Assembly: GCF_006345805.1 (NCBI RefSeq)
Contig: NW_021833241.1
Location: forward strand, 1 to 64,000
Direction of reading: 5' to 3'
DNA length: 64,000 bases
Source: Octopus sinensis
Taxonomy: Eukaryota
Part shown: piece after piece, positions 58,285 to 64,000 of the stretch
How the letters are laid out: every line of letters starts with the position of its first letter
How positions within the stretch are numbered: the first letter of the stretch is position 1
Notes under the pieces: model-generated
What the model was told of the DNA's origin: nothing
Databases searched by the model: none
The model's input: the letters and a program-made list of their open reading frames with translations, nothing else
Translations under genes and position numbers: made by a program

Positions 58285-59078
58285 GTATACATATATATAT
58301 TTACAAATAAGCAGCAAGAATTACAGTTGCTATGCATGAACATCTTATATACCTACCCATCTGCATATCTACTTATCTTTCTCCCTTATATACACGTTCG
58401 TTTATATGTCTTTATGTCGACTCGTATGTAACTAAGAATTCAGTTTATCTCTATTTTCCTCTCTTTCTAACTCCATTTTAGTTTTGGTACACGTACCCCG
58501 CTCTTTCTTATTTCTCTTCTCGTTTTCCTTACTGCCTTACACACACCCTCTCTCGTTTTCTCTCCTTTATCGCTCTCAATCTCTTTCTCACTGCGCCCCT
58601 TCTTCTTTTTCTGTACGCCATTTCTTATCTGTAAATCAACACCTTTTCAATCTATCGCATCCTCGCCAACCCCGAGTATCAAGTTTCCTTGCTACGACAT
58701 TGTGTCTAAATCTTTCAGTCGGTCTCCTTAAACTTCTCCCTGTCGGCCACTACACGTTCTCTGTCATTTTAGTTCCACCACTCCGGTGTGATCTGTTTTG
58801 ATCTAGAACCGTCTGTTGTACTCCATCTACACATCTGATTTTCTCACTTATTTTTTTTCACACCTTGCTCTGCCGTTCTATCTTCTCTACCCTCTGTTGG
58901 TACATATTCATTGCACAGTGTTAGACTATCCACTCAACTCCCGATTTCCACGTCTTTGTTCATCTGTTTGATTGTCTGTCTCTATCTCCCGCTCTCACTC
59001 TCTACCTCTTCCTCTCTCTCTCTATCTCTATCTCTCTTTTACTATATATTCATCCAGCAATACGCCTCTCAGTATATA

Positions 59079-59676
59079 CATTTCTTTAATACCCACATGG
59101 GGCTAAACACAGATAGGACAAACTAGGACAGACAAACGGATTAAGTCGATTACATCGACCCAGTGTGTAACTGGTACTTATTTAATCGACCCGGAAAAGA
59201 TGAAAGGCAAAGTCGACCTCGGCGAAATTTGAACTCGGAACGTAACAGCAGACGAAATACTTATTTCTTTACTACCCACAAGGGGCTAAACACAGAGAGG
59301 ACAAACTAGGACAGACAAACGGATTAAGTCGATTATATCTACTCCAGTGCGTAACTGGTACTTATTTAATCGACCCCGAAAAGATGAAAGGCAAAGTCGA
59401 CCTCGGCGAAATTTGAACTGGGAACGTAACAGCAGACGAAATACTTATTTCTTTACTACCCACAAGGGGCTAAACACAGAGAGGACAAACTAGGACAGAC
59501 AAACGGATTAAGTCGATTATATCTACTCCAGTGCGTAACTGGTACTTATTTAATCGACCCCGAAAAGATGAAAGGCAAAGTCGACCTCGGCGGAATTTGA
59601 ACTTGGAACGTAATGACAGACGAAATACGGCTACGCATTTCGCCCGGCATGCTAATGTTTCTGCCAGCTCACCTCC
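59079..59676 (-). mobile_element. SINE family A, head plus three body units, with TSD
   Basis: Unit periods are 183-184 bp. The TSD tctcagtatata lies at 59067-59078 and 59677-59688. Confidence 0.9.
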
Positions 59677-61049
59677 TCTCAGTATATATGTCTGTATGTA
59701 ACTGACAACCCCTCTCTCGTTCCTATGATGGAACCACATAGGGGACGCCCCAGTTGTCAGAAATGCCAGTAAACATAACTGAATGCATCATGGTTACAAG
59801 TTAATAAGAAACACAATAATCGAAAATGGAACCTGTTAATGTAGAAAACATACAAACAAATCAATTAGCTACATTCTTGGTATTTACACCTCTTCCAATT
59901 TGGCTAATTAAAAGTAAAACACGCTCACATCTGAAGTACTTTTGCTAAGTGCTAGCGTATATTATTGTATACTGGATGGGTCAGTATGCCAAAAATAATA
60001 AACATACGCACTGGTCCAATATCGTTCCTTCAATGTTCGTCAATATTTCGGTTAGTTGTTAGTGATACTGAAATAGCATGTTTTTTTTTAACATTATTAG
60101 CATAATTACTCTCTCAAGAGACAAGATTTGTTTCAACACACGGATTTAAATCAGGAATCTTGCAAATTATATACGAAAAAGAAACTAACACCTATCTGTA
60201 ATTAAGAGGTGCGCTTCCCAACAACATGGCTTTGGGTTAAATCGTACTGCACGGTACTTTGGGCAAGTGGTATCTACTATAGCCCAAAACCGTGAGGGAA
60301 TATCTGTGAGCGAATTTGATAGCAGAAAGGTGTATGTAAGCGTGTTTGTGGTGTGTTCATACCCAACCAGCGAATGACTAGAGCTTTATGACGCTTACAT
60401 TCTCGTAAAATAGCGGTCCGCCAAAAGAGTACAATAGAATAGGTGTTATACTTAAACACAAAATAAATAAATAAATAAAATAATAAGAAAAATGCAAGTA
60501 CTGGTGTCGATTTGTTCGATTAAATCCTTGAAGCAACAATTAAAAGAGTAAAAGAAATTAAAGATGATCGATGCGTAAAAAATAATTATAAACAACTTTG
60601 TCTTTTGATTATCTCAATATCTGACACATGACCTAGTTGCTTTCCTTTAACAAAGATTAGTGTCTGACTATATATTCCCTCTGAATATTTTTCGGTATTA
60701 CTGAGCCCCCTATATATATGTTAGTCCTCTAAATGGAAACCTTACCTATTATTGGGCTTTTGTGGCAGGAAGCGAATCAGGCTTTGCCATCCACTCCAGA
60801 AAACACATAGTAAAATGATTGACAAGCACTCAAGAAATCTAAGTCCGCAACTTGTTCATTTTACCAAAAGGTTCTCAAGGTACCAGCAGGCCTGAAAGAA
60901 ACATATTCGTGTCAATAAGGCATGATTAACGTTTTATTTACTGGCCCCTCATTTGTCGTTCTCGACAAGGGAATCTAACTTCAGTATCAATGTATGAGGA
61001 TCCGACAACCTACACTATCTTTGTCAGTCATAATACTTTTTATTTCGAA

Positions 61050-61560
61050 TTTCGCATTTGACTTCCGCTACTGATTTGCAAAGAAACCCGCAGATGCTGC
61101 AAGAATGGGGATGATATGTCGAAGGAGGCGGTAATTTTGCAACCCCTTTTCTCAGTTGCCTTTCAGCCCTCTTAGAGTGCTAGTGCTATTTGAAACAAAG
61201 ACCCTTATACTAGTTTGACATGATTTTGTTTGCGCTAAGGTTTCGTGAGCTATATTTACCGTTGAGAGGATGTCCTTACGTGGCTGTCATTACATACTCT
61301 TCGGCTTGTACCTACCTATATGGTCAACCAACTTTCCTGGGCCCTCTATCAAGCGGGATGTAGACGAGAACTTTGTGTCTTCTTTCGTAATTCATTCTGA
61401 CGACATGACCTACTCAGTGAAATTGCAACTGAATAAGGAAGCTCACGTTTCCGTTAAACTTATACTTGCTAAACAGGTCGACATTAGACACTCTGTTTCT
61501 TAATGATTGACCGTAAGTTAACTGAAATAGCGGAAGACATCTAACTGGTCAATGTGCTAC
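61050..61560 (-). mobile_element. Decayed RTE-type retrotransposon 3' fragment with C2H2-like finger
   Basis: Reads QLQFH*VGHVVRMNYERRHKVLVY.PL..GPRKVG*P, an RTE post-RT motif. Downstream is CSICGFLCKSVAEVK. Confidence 0.55.
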
Positions 61561-62060
61561 ATATATGGCGTCCACTATTCCGGTACGTACAGGCCTTTAC
61601 TTTAATATCAAGCTTAATGTATTTATTAAGCATTGTTTCCGACTGTGTGTCTCTTTCGTTCACTCTCTCTATCTCTTTTTCCCGCTCTGTCTTCTCTGCT
61701 ATCTTATGTATGATGCGTGTGGCAGACATTCTATTTGCTACTTGATTTTGCCACACGTTTTCGATCTGAAAGCATGGTATGTTGGAGTATCACTATTTCT
61801 ATACGTTCCGAAGTACCTTGATCTTGAAATCAAGTTAAAAGTAAGTGTGGAATTCCCTTGGATGTGCTGTGTTGTAGACAATGGAGAGGCTTCTTAAATA
61901 CATGCACATAAGACACCTCCTGATACTCACATATTGATATGCATGTATATATGCATTTAAATATAATACATGTATATATACATGTGTGTGTGTATGTGTG
62001 TGTGTGCGTATCCATGTCTATATTCATACGCACACATACACACGCAGACACTCAGATATA

Positions 62061-62272
<212 letters not shown>

Positions 62273-62587
62273 TAGTTTGTAGGCCACGTGTAGCCTGACT
62301 TGTCTGCCTATCTTTCTTTCTATCTATCTATCTATCTAACTATCTATTTGTCTATCTATCGTATGATCGATTTATATCAGCCTATATATGCGTTTGCTGG
62401 TATGTATACACTATCTATGTACACCTACACACTTCTGTAAAACAATACACAGATACACATGCAAACACACACACATATGTGTGTGTGTGTATATATAATA
62501 TATATAAATACACCCCCACACATATATATATATATATACATGTATACACACACATACACACACACACATACATAAATATATATATAC

Positions 62588-62658
<71 letters not shown>

Positions 62659-63751
62659 TATGTATATATATAGATGATCGTTGTTTACATATGTTTGATA
62701 TATCACGTACATCTTAGTCTTCAATCATAATTCTCTCTAACATCTATATCATAATCTCATACATCTTACAATGATATCTGGTATATGACAGATTGCTCAT
62801 AAAATCGTACGATTATACTTATACCACTTGTCTTATCTTACTTTCGCATAAGAGTTTTACGGAAGGTATAGTTTTCCTTCTTTTATTTTCATGCCAAGTT
62901 ATCTTATCTCTTTCAAGAGGCTTCATGTCGTGTATTTCAGCTTCTTGCCAAGAATATGTCAGTGTAAAAGAAACACAAACCCGCCACACCGATGGAAGAT
63001 TGTTGCTTCTGTTGCTGTTCTCTACTGATGTAGCTGCTGGTGTTATTGATGCTGGTGCTGCAGATGCTACTTTCTCTACAGTTGCAGACACTAATTAGTC
63101 GAGAAAACTCACAGGTTAAAAGTTAAAAGAGACTCTATTGGGATTTGAATTCTAACGTAAAATATTTGAAACTAACACATTATGATGAATATACTGGCGA
63201 AATTTCGTTTGTACCGAATCTTCCATTTTTGACAAGATGCCAGATCTCTTGGTGTTTTTGTTATAGTTACGTGTTCGTATCCCACAGTGGGTTACGTTTA
63301 TGTACCGCTCCATAGAATAATTAGTTAAAAGCAGGATAGGTTATGAAACTGAGTTGTTATTCAGAAATCAGGGCAACGTGGGAAATTTACCTGCAATAAA
63401 CTAGAATCGTAGACTGCTGCAGGTTATATTTCGTTCTTCGAATACGCATTCGAGAGACGTTACACACAGACACACACACACAAACACGTACACACGAACA
63501 CACACAGCTACATATATATATATATATATATATATAAATACTTGTACCTACCTACATACGTACATGAATACATGTACTTACCTGCCTACCTACCAACATG
63601 CATATATACATTGCACTGCATGGCAAAAATATAACTGTTGGTTTAAGATTTTGGTACAAGGGCATCATCTTTGTGTCAGGAATGTTGATTTTACCTGCGC
63701 GTGTGCTCAGTTGCAATGTATGTTAACGACCCCGATTAAATGGCAGGTATA

Positions 63752-63895
63752 GTTGACTTTGCCTTTCATCCTTTCGGGGTCGATAAATTAAGTACCAGTT
63801 ACGCACTGGGGTCGATGTAATCGACTTGATACCTATGTCTGTCTTTGTTTGTCCCCTCTATGTTTAGCCCCTTGTGGGTAATAAAGAAACAGGTA
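63752..63895 (+). mobile_element. SINE family A, 5'-truncated
   Basis: Body unit flanked by the direct repeat caggtatagt(t/c)gactt at 63744-63759 and 63890-63905. Confidence 0.8.
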
Positions 63896-64000
63896 TAGTC
63901 GACTTCAGTGGAAATTTAACACAGAGCGAAAAGTTGGAAGAAATGCCACCGAACGCCTGAGCTAAAATATATTAGTTTCAAGTTTTGGTATAAGGCCACA

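Noticed and set aside
61385-61440. CUGACGA...GAAA spacing
   Set aside because: The stems are weak, and it lies antisense within an RTE coding relic that explains the sequence.
62981-63090. Possible minus-strand exon (SATVEKVASAAPASITPAATSVENSNRSNNLPSVWR)
   Set aside because: The composition looks like a decayed (GCA/ACA)n repeat, the splice signals are weak, and no homology is recognisable.

Overview
This is AT-rich eukaryotic genomic DNA, saturated with microsatellites and transposable-element debris. The SINE families and the (AT)n/(CATA)n/(GATA)n density look like an octopus (coleoid cephalopod) genome; that assignment is an inference from recall, not a search. No intact host protein-coding gene is recognisable, and nearly all ORF-track entries are translated microsatellites. 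Recognisable elements: three tRNA-derived SINE families; two BovB-like RTE 3' ends; another RTE relic with a C2H2 finger; an R4/Dong-like fragment with a restriction-like endonuclease; Penelope-like (Neptune-type GIY-YIG) fragments; an Hsmar1-like mariner 3' end; a second Tc1/mariner transposase relic; three non-autonomous Helitrons; MITE/foldback elements; and a 150-bp solo-LTR-like element. The main result is three sequence-unrelated minimal type I hammerhead-ribozyme motifs (6909-6948 +, 47369-47439 -, 54864-54898 +), plus a degenerate homolog of the last at 36007-36041 (-). Each of the three sits in a short non-coding cassette bounded by (AT)n tracts, and one is arranged as about 1.5 tandem copies of a 472-bp unit, as in retrozymes or Penelope pLTR-derived elements. 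All folds and alignments were done by eye, and boundaries are approximate to a few bases unless a TSD is quoted.
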